Counted from the stretch's first letter, positions 42,320 to 53,455 are shown. The stretch: DNA of 64,000 bases from an uncultured Bacteroidales bacterium (GCA_964592225.1 CAZQCO010000002.1:18401-82400), one strand, 5' to 3'. Notes: generated by a model from the letters alone, not told the origin. A program made the numbers and translations.

Positions 42320-42396
42320 GTAGTACCACCTGGAATCCCTGCCTGTCCTGCTGAAGCAGTCAGTCAGGCAGGGAACCAGGGACACTCGGATTTTCA
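42320..42396 (-). repeat. Duplicated 3' half of tRNA-Phe with 35-nt insertion
   Basis: Without 42338-42372 it matches 42698-42739 at 40 of 42 nt. Confidence 0.92.
42338..42372. repeat. Nested palindromic (REP-like) insertion
   Basis: CCTGCCTG-TC-CTGCTGAAGCAG-TCAGT-CAGGCAGG; outer 8-bp inverted repeat, inner hairpin. Confidence 0.8.
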
Positions 42397-42771
<375 letters not shown>

Positions 42772-42788
42772 TTTATTTATTGGCGCTG

Positions 42789-42818
42789 CAAATCTAATAA
42801 AAATTGTTGTTTAACAAA
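42789..42818 (-). promoter_or_regulatory. sigmaA promoter of tRNA-Phe
   Basis: Minus strand TTTG-N18-TAGATTTG. Confidence 0.65.
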
Positions 42819-42969
42819 AAAGGATGCATTATTAATTCTTACTCTATCTGACATTCCATATTTTATAATGGTAACGGTTCAATAATGTCAATTTCCCTAC
42901 ACATAATAAATTTAAAATTAGATGGTTTAAGTGGGAAATAAATGATCATTTTTTACTTTTGCAGGACTT

Positions 42970-44214
42970 TTGAGAGGAGATGCGAAGATGGAATTAAATA
43001 CCTTTACGTTAGATAACGGAATCCGACTTATTCACCAGCCTACTAATTCACCTGTTACTCATTGTGGTATTATTATTAATACAGGTTCGCGCGATGAACT
43101 GGATCATCAGCACGGGATGGCTCATTTCATTGAACATCTTATTTTCAAGGGTACAAAAAAACGTAAAGCACACCATATATTAAGTCGGATGGAAGATGTT
43201 GGGGGAGAGATGAATGCATTCACAACCAAGGAGGAAACCTGCATCCAGATATCCTTCTTCAATAATTTTTATGACAGGGCATTTGAAATTCTGACTGACA
43301 TTTTAATCCGTTCGACATTTCCTGAGAAGGAAATACATAAAGAAAAAGATGTAATTATAGATGAAATTAATTCCTATAAGGACTCTCCCGTCGAACAGCT
43401 CTATGACGATTTTGAAGAACTGATATTTCAAAACAATCCGATCGCCAGAAATATTTTGGGAACTCAGGCAGCACTTAATACTTATTCCCGCCAGGACATT
43501 ATTGAGTTTTTTGCATCCAATTATTATACCACCGAAATGGTTGTGTCCAGTGCCGGAAATATTTCCTACAAACGTATACTGGGATATTTTAAGAAATACT
43601 TCTCGGAATTTGAAAAAAAAGAGCCTTTCTCTGCGAGAACAGTTTATGATGCTTCATCGTATGTAGCAAAAACAATAAAACAAGAACATAATACTTATCA
43701 GGCACATTGTATAACCGGAAACCTTGCTTACAGTAATCGCGAAGAAAAACGCCTCGTACTTCATTTGTTGAATAATCTGTTAGGTGGTCCGAGCATGAAC
43801 TCCCGTCTTAATATGGCACTGAGGGAGAATAATGGCTTAGCATACAATGTAGAATCGAATTATAATACATACAGCGATATAGGAATAGTAAATATATATT
43901 TTGGTACTGATAAAGAAGATATTAATAAATGTTTGGAGCTTATACAAAAAGAACTTAAAAGAATCAGAGAAGTCAGGCTTGGAACTATACAGCTTACCAG
44001 AGCCAAGCGACAGCTTATTGGACAGCTTGCAATGGCGGCTGATAATAACGAGCATCAGATGATTTCTAACGGAAGAAGTATGTTGTTGTTCAACAGAGTT
44101 GATACCCTGAAGGAACTGAGCGATAAAATAAACAATATCTCAGCGGGCGAATTACTGGACGTTTCAAATGAGATATTCGATCCAAAAATTCTAACCCAAT
44201 TAATTTTTTATTAA
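42970..44214 (+). CDS. M16 (pitrilysin-family) zinc peptidase (likely start ATG 42988)
   Basis: HFIEH inverted zinc motif, NAFTTKEET, SRLNMALRE. Confidence 0.9.
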   Translation: MRGDAKMELNTFTLDNGIRLIHQPTNSPVTHCGIIINTGSRDELDHQHGMAHFIEHLIFKGTKKRKAHHILSRMEDVGGEMNAFTTKEETCIQISFFNNFYDRAFEILTDILIRSTFPEKEIHKEKDVIIDEINSYKDSPVEQLYDDFEELIFQNNPIARNILGTQAALNTYSRQDIIEFFASNYYTTEMVVSSAGNISYKRILGYFKKYFSEFEKKEPFSARTVYDASSYVAKTIKQEHNTYQAHCITGNLAYSNREEKRLVLHLLNNLLGGPSMNSRLNMALRENNGLAYNVESNYNTYSDIGIVNIYFGTDKEDINKCLELIQKELKRIREVRLGTIQLTRAKRQLIGQLAMAADNNEHQMISNGRSMLLFNRVDTLKELSDKINNISAGELLDVSNEIFDPKILTQLIFY

Positions 44215-44224
44215 TACCTCAAAA

Positions 44225-44866
44225 ATGACCGACAAATCGGAACAAATCACCAACTATATCACCAGTCATTCGACATTGGAAGATCCTGTCCTGGCGAAAC
44301 TCAATAGGGAAACACATCTTAAAATGATCTATCCGCGAATGATTTCCGGTCCGCTGCAGGGAAAACTTCTTCAATTTATCAGCCAAATGATCCAACCGAA
44401 TTATATTCTTGAAATTGGAACATTTACAGGATATTCAGCCATTTGTCTTGCAAAAGGACTGGCAGAAAATGGGAAATTAATAACCATTGATATAAATGAT
44501 GAATTAACCCTCTTTTCTCAGAAATACTTCAAAGAGGCAGGGTTATCCTCAAAAATCGAACTGCTGACAGGAAATGCCATCGATATTATCCCAACACTTC
44601 CCTATACTTTCGACCTGATATTTATCGACGCTGATAAAAAAGAATATGTAAGCTATTACAACACCGGTTTTGACAAGCTTGCTCAGGGGGGATTTGTTAT
44701 TGTAGACAATGCACTCTGGGGTAATAAAGTTGTTAATGAATCAAAGAACTCCGATCAGGAAACTCAAGCCATTAAGAAACTAAACGACTTAATTTTTAAC
44801 GATCCGAGAGTTGAAAATATTATTCTCCCAATTAGGGACGGAATTAATTTGATTCGAAAAATCTAG
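44225..44866 (+). CDS. SAM-dependent O-methyltransferase (class I)
   Basis: ILEIGTFTGYS, FDLIFIDADK, IVDNALW, RDG. Confidence 0.9.
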   Translation: MTDKSEQITNYITSHSTLEDPVLAKLNRETHLKMIYPRMISGPLQGKLLQFISQMIQPNYILEIGTFTGYSAICLAKGLAENGKLITIDINDELTLFSQKYFKEAGLSSKIELLTGNAIDIIPTLPYTFDLIFIDADKKEYVSYYNTGFDKLAQGGFVIVDNALWGNKVVNESKNSDQETQAIKKLNDLIFNDPRVENIILPIRDGINLIRKI

Positions 44867-45007
44867 ATTGCAAACAAACAAAATGTCATTTGCCTTGTTA
44901 ATTATTACAACCCTTAGGATCATATGTATACTACTTATTGATCCTTAAATTAATTAGTTATATTTAATCCTTCAACTAATCGCTACTAACTACAAAACAG
45001 GAAATTA

Positions 45008-45898
45008 ATGAGTCATTATTCAATACGTGATCTTGAAAGGCTAACCGGAATAAAGGCACATACAATTCGAATCTGGGAAAAGCGTTATGGACTCATTGAA
45101 CCTGAGCGGACCAATACAAATATCAGAGCTTATTGTGATGCCGAGTTAAAAAAACTATTAAATATTTCCATCCTTAACAGGAATGGAGTTAAAATATCCA
45201 AATTAGTCAATCTGTCTCCAGAAGAGATAGCTCAGAATATCAGTAAACTTAACGATAGTCCTGCTGACACCGAAAGTTATCTCGAAAACCTGGTATTGGC
45301 AATGATTGAATTCGATGAACAAAAATTTGAAAAAATACTCTCCCATGCCATAATACAAATGGGATTTGAAGATACAATTATACATATAGTAAGTCCTTTC
45401 TTTATCCGTGTAGGAATTATGTGGCAAACGGGTACAATTAATCCTGCACAGGAGCATTTCGTCTCTAATCTCATCCGCCAAAAATTGTTTGTTGCCATCG
45501 ATAGTCAAATGTCTGGGGACTCAACAAATATGAAAACCTTTTTATTGTACCTTCCCGAAGGTGAATTGCATGAACTTAATTTGATCTTTTCAAATTATAT
45601 GATCCGAAAAAGAGGGCACAGAGTTATTTATCTCGGACCCAATGTGCCTTTTAATGATTTGGTTGAGATTGATCGGTTCAAACCTTCGGATTACCTGATG
45701 ACTTCAATTGTAACAGCAATTTCTCAGATTGATTTAAAAAAATACTTGCAGAAACTCTCTCTATCTTTCCCGGAAAAAACTATCTATGTTTCAGGAGAAC
45801 AACTTTCACTTTATACTGATAAATTTCCTGAGAATATCAAATATCTGGCGTCACCTCAAAATTTGGCCGCCGAACTAAATTATATAGCCTCTTCATAA
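45008..45898 (+). CDS. MerR-family regulator with cobalamin-binding domains (CarH/LitR type)
   Basis: MerR HTH (TIRIWEKRYG), W-x9-EH (WQTGTINPAQEH), B12-binding region ELHELN and YLGPNVP. Confidence 0.88.
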   Translation: MSHYSIRDLERLTGIKAHTIRIWEKRYGLIEPERTNTNIRAYCDAELKKLLNISILNRNGVKISKLVNLSPEEIAQNISKLNDSPADTESYLENLVLAMIEFDEQKFEKILSHAIIQMGFEDTIIHIVSPFFIRVGIMWQTGTINPAQEHFVSNLIRQKLFVAIDSQMSGDSTNMKTFLLYLPEGELHELNLIFSNYMIRKRGHRVIYLGPNVPFNDLVEIDRFKPSDYLMTSIVTAISQIDLKKYLQKLSLSFPEKTIYVSGEQLSLYTDKFPENIKYLASPQNLAAELNYIASS

Positions 45899-46096
45899 AA
45901 TGTCGACTAATATATTCTCATTTATGTATTCAATCTAATTGAAGCTCCGTGCTGCAAACTTTCGGGAATGCGGTCCCAAGGATTCAATTTACAAACTTCG
46001 TTTTTTATATCCTTTCTTATTCAACTCCTGCTCCCATCATCTGTATAAAGATTTACAATGAGAATAAAGGATGTTATTGTCTCATTTTCAATATTT

Positions 46097-46126
46097 TGTT
46101 TACTTTTATAATTTTATTGTTAAACA
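46097..46126. promoter_or_regulatory. 30-bp palindromic operator, copy 3
   Basis: TGTTTAC-N16-TTAAACA. Confidence 0.6.
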
Positions 46127-46276
46127 GTATGAAAGACGTTATTCATTATTTATAACTTATTTAGAATCATTCGGAATAATCGTCTATTAGGCCTAATAAT
46201 TGCCCATTATTTCATTTTTTCTTATTTAAAAAAGACTTAAAAAGAGCTGTCTGGACTAGGTTTCAGGTTTGGTTAA

Positions 46277-46306
46277 TGTTTAACTTTTAATTATTTTTGT
46301 TAAACA
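46277..46306. promoter_or_regulatory. 30-bp palindromic operator, copy 4
   Basis: TGTTTAAC-N14-GTTAAACA, 34 nt before the ECF sigma ATG. Confidence 0.65.
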
Positions 46307-46340
46307 TTTTGTATAGATAAATTTTTAAAAATCAAACGAT

Positions 46341-46850
46341 ATGACAGCAGTTGAATTTAACTACCAGTTAACTAATCTTTCAAGCAATCTTGAAAGATTT
46401 GCTTTGAGTCTTACATCGAATATGGAAGATGCAAAGGATCTTCTTCAGGAAACATTTGTAAAAGCTATCACATACAGAGATAAATTTGAAGAGAATACCA
46501 ATCTGAAGGCCTGGACATTTACAATCATGAAAAATACTTTTATAAATAATTACAGGCGTAATGTAAAAGCCAATACAACGTTCGATCATACTGATGATTT
46601 GTATTACCTGAATATAAATACCGAATCGAAATCGACTACACCTGATAGCGAATATTCCGTAAAAGAAATTCAAAAGAGTATTGCGGAATTGACGGATGAA
46701 TTTCGACTTCCTTTTGTTATGCATACACAGGGATATAAGTATAAAGAAATTGCGGATATACTTGACCTGAAAATTGGTACCGTAAAAAGCCGTATTTTTT
46801 TCACACGGAAAAAGCTTATGGAAAAGCTTAAAGGTTATGATATGAATTAA
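46341..46850 (+). CDS. ECF sigma-70 factor
   Basis: DAKDLLQETFVKA, LKAWTFTIMKNTFIN, GYKYKEIADIL..IGTVKSRIF. Confidence 0.92.
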   Translation: MTAVEFNYQLTNLSSNLERFALSLTSNMEDAKDLLQETFVKAITYRDKFEENTNLKAWTFTIMKNTFINNYRRNVKANTTFDHTDDLYYLNINTESKSTTPDSEYSVKEIQKSIAELTDEFRLPFVMHTQGYKYKEIADILDLKIGTVKSRIFFTRKKLMEKLKGYDMN

Positions 46851-46917
46851 GTTATGTTTCCGATCTGTATGATGACAAACTTCTAAAAGAAAAACCTGAA
46901 TTAAAATCAATTATTTA

Positions 46918-47631
46918 GTGATACCACGCGATACTATATTAAAAACAAGAATAAACGGTAACTCTGAAAAAAATAACAAATTTCTCAGAATAATCGACGA
47001 TGATAATAATGCGAACAATAAAGAAACACCATTACGTGTCGATGCATTCGATCTTGATGACCAGGCAAAAATCGATAAAATAGCTATGCATTTTCAGAAA
47101 ATAGTTGAGACACTCGGCCTCGATCTGAATGATGATAGCATAAAAGGAACTCCGCAACGTGTAGCAAAAATGTTTGTCAGCGAAATATTTAGCGGGCTTA
47201 ATCCTGAAAATAAACCCAGGGTAACTCTTTTCGAGAATAAATTCCGGTATAATCAAATGCTGGTAGAAAAGAATATTAAAGTTCATTCATACTGTGAACA
47301 TCATTTTGTGCCAATAATTGGTAAAGCACATGTTGCATACATTTCAGACGGATATGTGATAGGACTATCCAAAATAAACCGGATCGTCGATTACTATGCC
47401 AAACGGCCACAAATTCAGGAGCGTCTTACAGAACAAATAGCCCAGGAGCTAAAAAATGTAATGAAAACTGAAGATGTTGCAGTGCTCATCGAGGCCAATC
47501 ATATGTGCGTAACCATGCGGGGAATAAAAGATCAGGACAGCTCTACTACAACAAGCAGCTATTACGGAAAATTCCTTGAACGTGAATACAGGAATGAATT
47601 TCTTACATACGTTTACAACAAAAAACATTAA
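46918..47631 (+). CDS. folE: GTP cyclohydrolase I
   Basis: [41 protein letters not shown]. Confidence 0.95.
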   Translation: MIPRDTILKTRINGNSEKNNKFLRIIDDDNNANNKETPLRVDAFDLDDQAKIDKIAMHFQKIVETLGLDLNDDSIKGTPQRVAKMFVSEIFSGLNPENKPRVTLFENKFRYNQMLVEKNIKVHSYCEHHFVPIIGKAHVAYISDGYVIGLSKINRIVDYYAKRPQIQERLTEQIAQELKNVMKTEDVAVLIEANHMCVTMRGIKDQDSSTTTSSYYGKFLEREYRNEFLTYVYNKKH

Positions 47632-47664
47632 TTCCGTATTCTGTTATAATTAGGTTAATGGATT

Positions 47665-47698
47665 GAAAGCTGTGATATAAATCACAGCTTTCTTTTTT
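47665..47698 (+). terminator. Terminator after folE
   Basis: GAAAGCTGTGAT-ataa-ATCACAGCTTTC followed by a T run. Confidence 0.8.
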
Positions 47699-49007
47699 GT
47701 CAGATAAATATTTAAAGCAAATCCTAGAATTAAGAATTAGTATTTCATTTAAGCAAATGAAAATACTCTGTTATGGCTCATTTCCGTTTAACGTATGTTC
47801 CGTAATTATTTATATTTTTGCAGCACAAAAGCAGAAATTGATGAATTCAGATTCCAGGTATGGCCGGAGAGGAGTATCTACTCAAAAAGAAGACGTTCAT
47901 AAGGCAATTGAAGAATTTGATAAGGGTCTTTATCCAAATGCTTTTTGTAAGATACTACCCGATTTCATGACCGGAGATCCGCTTTACTGTACGGTAATGC
48001 ATGCTGATGGCGCTGGGACAAAATCGTCGCTGGCCTATATTTATTGGTGCGAAACCCACGACCTGTCTGTCTGGAAAGGTATTGCTAAAGACGCGGTTAT
48101 CATGAATATTGATGATCTGTTGTGTGTCGGGGCAACAGATAACATAATGCTGTCGTCAACCATCGGGCGGAATAAGTTAAAAATTCCTGGTGATATAATT
48201 ATGTACCTTCTGAAGGGATTTGACGAGTTGATTTCACAATTGGCAGACTATGGCATGAACATTTTTCTTACAGGAGGTGAAACAGCCGATATCGGTGATT
48301 TGGTAAGAACAATCGTGGTTGACTCGACTGTAGCCTGCCGGATGAAACGCAAAGAAGTAATTGAGAATAATATTCAATCGGGTGATGTTATAGTAGGCCT
48401 GGCATCCTATGGAAAAGCCAGCTATGAGAGTGAATATAACAGTGGTATTGGGAGCAACGGTCTTACTTCGGCCCGGCATGATTTATTCCATAATCATCTT
48501 GCTACAAAATATCCTGAAAGTTACGATGATTTAATCCCAAAATCACTGGTCTATACCGGGAAACTGAGTCTTCAAGAGAAAATTCCTGATTTAGATATCG
48601 ATGCCGGAAAGTTACTGCTTTCAACAACGCGCACCTACGCCCCGATTATTATACCTGTGCTCAAAGAGCTCAAACCTTATATTCACGGTATGATACATTG
48701 TTCAGGTGGTGCACAAACAAAAGTGATGAAATTTGTTAAAAATCTTCATATTATTAAGGATAATCTCCTGCCTGTCCCTCCTATTTTTAAAATGATTCAG
48801 GAACAATCCGGAACAAGATGGGTTGAAATGTACGAAGTTTTTAACATGGGGCACCGATTCGAAATATATCTTCCGGCAGAATTTGCACAGATTGTTATCG
48901 ATATCTCTAAAAGTTTTAATGTCGATGCCCGGATAATAGGACATGTAGAAGCAGCTAATTCAAATAAGCTGACTATAAAAAGTGAATACGGTGACTTTAT
49001 TTATTGA
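47697..49007 (+). CDS. purM: AIR synthase-related protein, PurM-like (likely start ATG 47841)
   Basis: [44 protein letters not shown]; TATTTTTG -7 element at 47813-47820 lies inside the longer ORF call. Confidence 0.85.
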   Translation: MSDKYLKQILELRISISFKQMKILCYGSFPFNVCSVIIYIFAAQKQKLMNSDSRYGRRGVSTQKEDVHKAIEEFDKGLYPNAFCKILPDFMTGDPLYCTVMHADGAGTKSSLAYIYWCETHDLSVWKGIAKDAVIMNIDDLLCVGATDNIMLSSTIGRNKLKIPGDIIMYLLKGFDELISQLADYGMNIFLTGGETADIGDLVRTIVVDSTVACRMKRKEVIENNIQSGDVIVGLASYGKASYESEYNSGIGSNGLTSARHDLFHNHLATKYPESYDDLIPKSLVYTGKLSLQEKIPDLDIDAGKLLLSTTRTYAPIIIPVLKELKPYIHGMIHCSGGAQTKVMKFVKNLHIIKDNLLPVPPIFKMIQEQSGTRWVEMYEVFNMGHRFEIYLPAEFAQIVIDISKSFNVDARIIGHVEAANSNKLTIKSEYGDFIY

Positions 49008-50107
49008 ATGATTCGTTTATGGCAACAAATCTGATTCTTGATAAACTGGAAGGAGTAAAAAAACGCTTCGAGGAAGTCGGAAACCTTCTGACAGAGGAAA
49101 ATATTGTGAAAGATATGAAGCGTTACATAAAGCTTAATAGGGAATATAAAGAGCTGGATCCCGTTGTAGTTGCTTATAAAGAATATAAAGACCTATTGAG
49201 CAATATCGACGATGCTAAAAAAATACTGGCTACAGAGAAAGATGAAGAAATGCGTTCCATGGCAAAAGAGGAATTGGATATGCTCTTTGAAAAAGTGGCG
49301 CCACTGGAAGAAGAAATTAAAATACTCTTATTACCTGCCGATCCTGAAGATGAAAAAAATGCAGTTCTTGAAATCCGTGCAGGAACAGGTGGCGATGAAG
49401 CCAGTATTTTTGCAGGTGACTTATACCGTATGTATGGTAAGTATTGCGAATGGAAAGGATGGAAAATGGAAATCAATACATTCACGGAAGGAACTGTTGG
49501 AGGATATAAGGAAATTATTCTGAATGTCACAGGTGAGGGAGTTTACGGCATATTAAAATATGAATCAGGGGTACACAGAGTTCAGCGGGTACCTCAGACA
49601 GAAACACAAGGCAGGGTTCATACTTCGGCAGCCACAGTAGCTGTGCTACCTGAGGCAGATGAGTTTGATGTCGATATGAAACTGGATGATATCAGGAAGG
49701 ACACGTATTGTTCTTCCGGACCTGGTGGCCAATCAGTTAACACTACCTATTCAGCCATACGCCTTACCCATGTTCCTACCGGAGTGGTTGTTACCTGTCA
49801 GGATGAAAAGTCACAACTGAAAAATCTGGATAAGGCGATGAAAGAATTGCGTACCCGTTTGTACAACCTTGAATACCAGAAGCGTCTCGATGCCCTGGCA
49901 GCAAAACGTAAAACAATGGTTTCTTCCGGTGACCGGTCAGCAAAAATCCGTACCTACAATTATCCACAGGGTCGGGTAACCGACCATAGGATAAATCATA
50001 CAATGTATAATCTGCAAGCGGTTATGAATGGAGATATTGAGGAAATTATCGATAAGTTGCAGATGGCTGAAAATGCGGAGCGTCTGAAAGAAAGCGGACT
50101 AAAATAA
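49004..50107 (+). CDS. prfA: Peptide chain release factor 1 (likely start ATG 49019)
   Basis: [11 protein letters not shown] (PxT motif), [18 protein letters not shown]. Confidence 0.96.
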   Translation: MNDSFMATNLILDKLEGVKKRFEEVGNLLTEENIVKDMKRYIKLNREYKELDPVVVAYKEYKDLLSNIDDAKKILATEKDEEMRSMAKEELDMLFEKVAPLEEEIKILLLPADPEDEKNAVLEIRAGTGGDEASIFAGDLYRMYGKYCEWKGWKMEINTFTEGTVGGYKEIILNVTGEGVYGILKYESGVHRVQRVPQTETQGRVHTSAATVAVLPEADEFDVDMKLDDIRKDTYCSSGPGGQSVNTTYSAIRLTHVPTGVVVTCQDEKSQLKNLDKAMKELRTRLYNLEYQKRLDALAAKRKTMVSSGDRSAKIRTYNYPQGRVTDHRINHTMYNLQAVMNGDIEEIIDKLQMAENAERLKESGLK

Positions 50108-50114
50108 CTCTGAA

Positions 50115-50945
50115 ATGAAAAGTGAAAACCTCTTTTCGAATATCCGGCGTAAAAAGAGTTACCTGTGTATAGGACTCGATAGTGCCATCGAGAAAATTCC
50201 CGAACACCTTAGATACTATAAAAATCCGGTTTTTGAGTTCAACAAACAGATAATTGACGCAACAGCCAGCTATGCAGTAGCCTATAAACCCAACCTTGCC
50301 TTTTACGAGTGCAGAGGGATTGAAGGATGGAGAGATCTTGAACTAACTGCTGAATATATTAAAAAGAACTATCCGGAAATCTTTCTCATTGCCGATGCCA
50401 AAAGAGGTGATATTGGCAATACATCAAAAATGTATGCCAGAGCATTTTTTGAAAACATGAATTTCGATGCAGTTACTGTTGCACCCTACATGGGAGAAGA
50501 TTCCGTTGTGCCATTCCTTAATTACGAGGGAAAATACATTATAATCCTCGCTCTAACCTCCAACCAGGGAGCTTCCGATTTTCAATATTTTGCATCAAAA
50601 GACAACAAAACCTTATTTACCGAGGTAATCGATAAATCGAAAACCTGGGGCAATACCGACAATATCATGTATGTTGTAGGAGCCACAAAAGCTTCTATGC
50701 TGGTTTCCATTCGGGAGCATATCCCGGATCATTTCCTTCTGGTGCCTGGTGTTGGTGCACAGGGAGGAAGCCTGGAAGATGTCACCAGGTATGGAATAAA
50801 TCAAAAATGCGGGCTCCTTGTCAATGCTTCCCGATCGATAATCTTTGCCAGTAACGGAACAAATTTTGCCGAAAAAGCTGCAAAAGAAAGTCATATATTA
50901 CAAGAACAAATGGAAAAACTACTTAAAGAATCAGACTTGCTCTGA
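50115..50945 (+). CDS. pyrF: Orotidine 5'-phosphate decarboxylase
   Basis: LCIGLD, YKPNLAF, DAKRGDIGNT, LVPGVGAQGG, VNASRSII. Confidence 0.95.
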   Translation: MKSENLFSNIRRKKSYLCIGLDSAIEKIPEHLRYYKNPVFEFNKQIIDATASYAVAYKPNLAFYECRGIEGWRDLELTAEYIKKNYPEIFLIADAKRGDIGNTSKMYARAFFENMNFDAVTVAPYMGEDSVVPFLNYEGKYIIILALTSNQGASDFQYFASKDNKTLFTEVIDKSKTWGNTDNIMYVVGATKASMLVSIREHIPDHFLLVPGVGAQGGSLEDVTRYGINQKCGLLVNASRSIIFASNGTNFAEKAAKESHILQEQMEKLLKESDLL

Positions 50946-50996
50946 TATTTTCATTTTCTCCTGTATTTCTTATCTTTAAAAATAAACCTGAAACAA

Positions 50997-52265
50997 ATGC
51001 AGGAAGCGTTATTACATTACCTCTGGAAAAATTCGTTATTCAAACCAAAAGAATATACTGCCGACACGGGTGAATTAATTAAAATTATCGAACCCGGATT
51101 ACATAACCATGACGGAGGACCTGATTTTACGAATGCCAGGGTTGAAATAGACGGTACGGTTTGGGCCGGGAATATTGAAATTCATTCACAAGCTTCCGAA
51201 TGGTACAACCATAATCACGATTCGGATCGAAGCTACGATAATGTTATCCTTCATGTGGTTACCGTTAACAACCGTATATGTTACAACTCTCAGGGGCGAC
51301 AAATCCCATGTATCAACCTTTCCATTGATGAAATAATCCAAAATCGCTATAATGAACTGTTTCGTAGTAAGAACACCATTCCGTGCAGCCATTCAGTTAA
51401 TAAAATTGATCCAACAAGGAAATCTTTCTGGTTAAATGCTCTAACCATCAAGCGATTAGAAAAGAAAAGCTCCTATTTTCAGGAATTACTCTCTTTTACA
51501 AAAAACAACTGGGAAGAAACCCTATTCATTCATTTGGCTCGGAGTATTGGCTTGAAAACCAATGCCTTACCCTTTGAATTATTAGCAAAGTCAATCTCAC
51601 TAAAGTTCATAAACTCACAACCGGGTAATATTTTCCGAACGGAGGCCATACTTTTCGGACAGGCCGGATTTCTTGAAGAAGATGCTATAGATGAATACCA
51701 TCGTGATCTGAAAAAAGAATATGAATATCATAGGAAAAAGTATAGGCTTAAACCCATAGATAAGCATCTCTGGAAATTTCTGCGTCTTCGCCCATTGAAT
51801 TTCCCTACAATTCGAATTGCGCAATTAAGCGATCTGCTTTCAAAGAATTCCAATTTATTATCGCAAACTTTGAGTTGTTCGAAAATAGAGGAAGTATATT
51901 CAATTTATTCCTGTGGTGTCAGTAAATACTGGAATAACCATTATACATTTGGAAATCAATCAACCGAAACAAAGAAATATATTGGCAGTAATGCTCTTAA
52001 TAGCATAATTATCAATACTTTAGTACCATTAATGTTTGTATACGGCGAAATGAAAAATCATAATGAATTGAAAGAAAGGGCCATTTACTACCTTGAGCAT
52101 ATGCCTCCTGAAAAAAATCACATCACACGGATGTGGAAAAAATTGAACTTCGTACCTGAAAATGCTGCAGATAGCCAGGCTTTAATTGAATTAACGGAAA
52201 GCTATTGCTTAAAAAAACATTGTCTCGATTGTCAGATAGGTCATTTAATTCTTAATTTGGAATAA
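50997..52265 (+). CDS. DUF2851 family protein
   Basis: EALLHYLWK, GPDFTNA, GNIEIH..SEW..H.H.D..YDNVILHVV, RPLNFPTIRIAQ. Confidence 0.85.
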   Translation: MQEALLHYLWKNSLFKPKEYTADTGELIKIIEPGLHNHDGGPDFTNARVEIDGTVWAGNIEIHSQASEWYNHNHDSDRSYDNVILHVVTVNNRICYNSQGRQIPCINLSIDEIIQNRYNELFRSKNTIPCSHSVNKIDPTRKSFWLNALTIKRLEKKSSYFQELLSFTKNNWEETLFIHLARSIGLKTNALPFELLAKSISLKFINSQPGNIFRTEAILFGQAGFLEEDAIDEYHRDLKKEYEYHRKKYRLKPIDKHLWKFLRLRPLNFPTIRIAQLSDLLSKNSNLLSQTLSCSKIEEVYSIYSCGVSKYWNNHYTFGNQSTETKKYIGSNALNSIIINTLVPLMFVYGEMKNHNELKERAIYYLEHMPPEKNHITRMWKKLNFVPENAADSQALIELTESYCLKKHCLDCQIGHLILNLE

Positions 52266-52267
52266 GT

Positions 52268-53290
52268 ATGAAACGTGTCAGCTTTAAAAATGCGTATATA
52301 GCCCTGGGCCTCTTATTTGGGATTATACTGGTCGGAGTGATAGGTTTTATGATCCTCGAGAATTTTAATTTTACCGATGCCTTCTTTATGACAATTATTA
52401 CAATTGCCACTGTAGGTTTCCGGGAAGTTCATCCACTCTCAAATGCAGGTATGTATTTCACTGCATTTCTTATTGTATTCAGTTTTGGTATATTTGCTTA
52501 TGCAGTAACCACTTTTACGCGATACATTATCGATGGTGCTTTGGGACATTACTATAAAAGCAGACTTGTGAGAAATAAGATTCAAAAAATAAAAGACCAT
52601 GTTGTTATTTGTGGTTATGGCCGTAATGGCCGCCAGGCAGTTCAGGAATTGCTCGATCACCATGTAAAAATTGTTGTTATTGAACGTGATGAGCAAGTGA
52701 TGGAAAATATTTTAGAAAATCCTGAATTGTTATATATACACGGTGATGCTACACGCGATGAAACGCTGGAAATGTGCCGGATTGATCGTGCCAAGGCATT
52801 ATTGGCAACACTACCTGTAGATGCCGATAATTTGTTTGTTGTCCTTACTGCCCGTGAAATGAATCCGGGTCTTAAAATTATCAGTCGTGCTTCCGATGAA
52901 CATTCCGACACTAAACTTAAACGTGCTGGGGCAACAAACATTATCATGCCCGACCGTATTGGTGGTCAGCGTATGGCAAAACTAGTAACTCAGCCCGATG
53001 TTGTTGAATTTCTCGATTTCCTAATGCTTCAAAGTACTGAAAACGTAGTGCTCGAAGAAATTAGCTGCAGCCGGCTTCATAGTTGTTTCGAGGGTAAATC
53101 GATTCGAGAACTGGATATACGTAATGAGTCAGGTGCCAATATTATTGGATTAAAAAGATCGGACAATTCATATATAATCAATCCATTACCTGAAATACTG
53201 TTATTAAGTAATGACAAACTTTTTGCACTAGGTACTAAAAATCAATTGGCCCGGTTAAGAAAAATACTAATTGAAGGTGAGAATACTTAA
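52268..53290 (+). CDS. Potassium channel protein with TrkA-N/TrkA-C (RCK) domains
   Basis: TIATVGFREV selectivity-filter region, VICGYGRNG Rossmann motif. Confidence 0.88.
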   Translation: MKRVSFKNAYIALGLLFGIILVGVIGFMILENFNFTDAFFMTIITIATVGFREVHPLSNAGMYFTAFLIVFSFGIFAYAVTTFTRYIIDGALGHYYKSRLVRNKIQKIKDHVVICGYGRNGRQAVQELLDHHVKIVVIERDEQVMENILENPELLYIHGDATRDETLEMCRIDRAKALLATLPVDADNLFVVLTAREMNPGLKIISRASDEHSDTKLKRAGATNIIMPDRIGGQRMAKLVTQPDVVEFLDFLMLQSTENVVLEEISCSRLHSCFEGKSIRELDIRNESGANIIGLKRSDNSYIINPLPEILLLSNDKLFALGTKNQLARLRKILIEGENT

Positions 53291-53447
53291 GGAAGTTCAT
53301 AATTTTTGAATTGAGAATAGCATGAACTGAAATAAGAATCGTTTGATGAAATTTAAAACCTGAGGCTTATATCTCTTATCCCATATCTATCAGTAACTTT
53401 AGGTTAAAAGAAATTAGCCAATTCTTGCTAAATAATAAAAATTACAT

Positions 53448-53455
53448 ACCTTTGC
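53448..53455 (+). promoter_or_regulatory. -7 element for rpsO
   Basis: TACCTTTG about 37 nt before the ATG. Confidence 0.55.

Noticed and set aside
42320-42396. Second tRNA gene or intron-containing tRNA
   Set aside because: No 5' acceptor strand or D-arm; the insert is 35 nt in the T-loop with no group I/II features, so it is a fragment, not a gene.
42797-42840. TGTTTAA half-site upstream of tRNA-Phe
   Set aside because: No TTAAACA at the 16-nt spacing, so it is not counted as an operator.
45960-46000. GGGAATGCGGT resembling the start of a cobalamin riboswitch core, next to the B12-type regulator
   Set aside because: The expected GGTG-AA-TCC continuation, GCCCCCGC-ACTGT segment and B12 box are absent; treated as chance.
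47697-47840. N-terminal extensions on the purM-like gene and on several others (HK 25214, antiporter 36894, HK 42264, GSIII 23795)
   Set aside because: Extensions overlap terminators, promoters or neighbouring genes; downstream ATGs fit the family N-termini.
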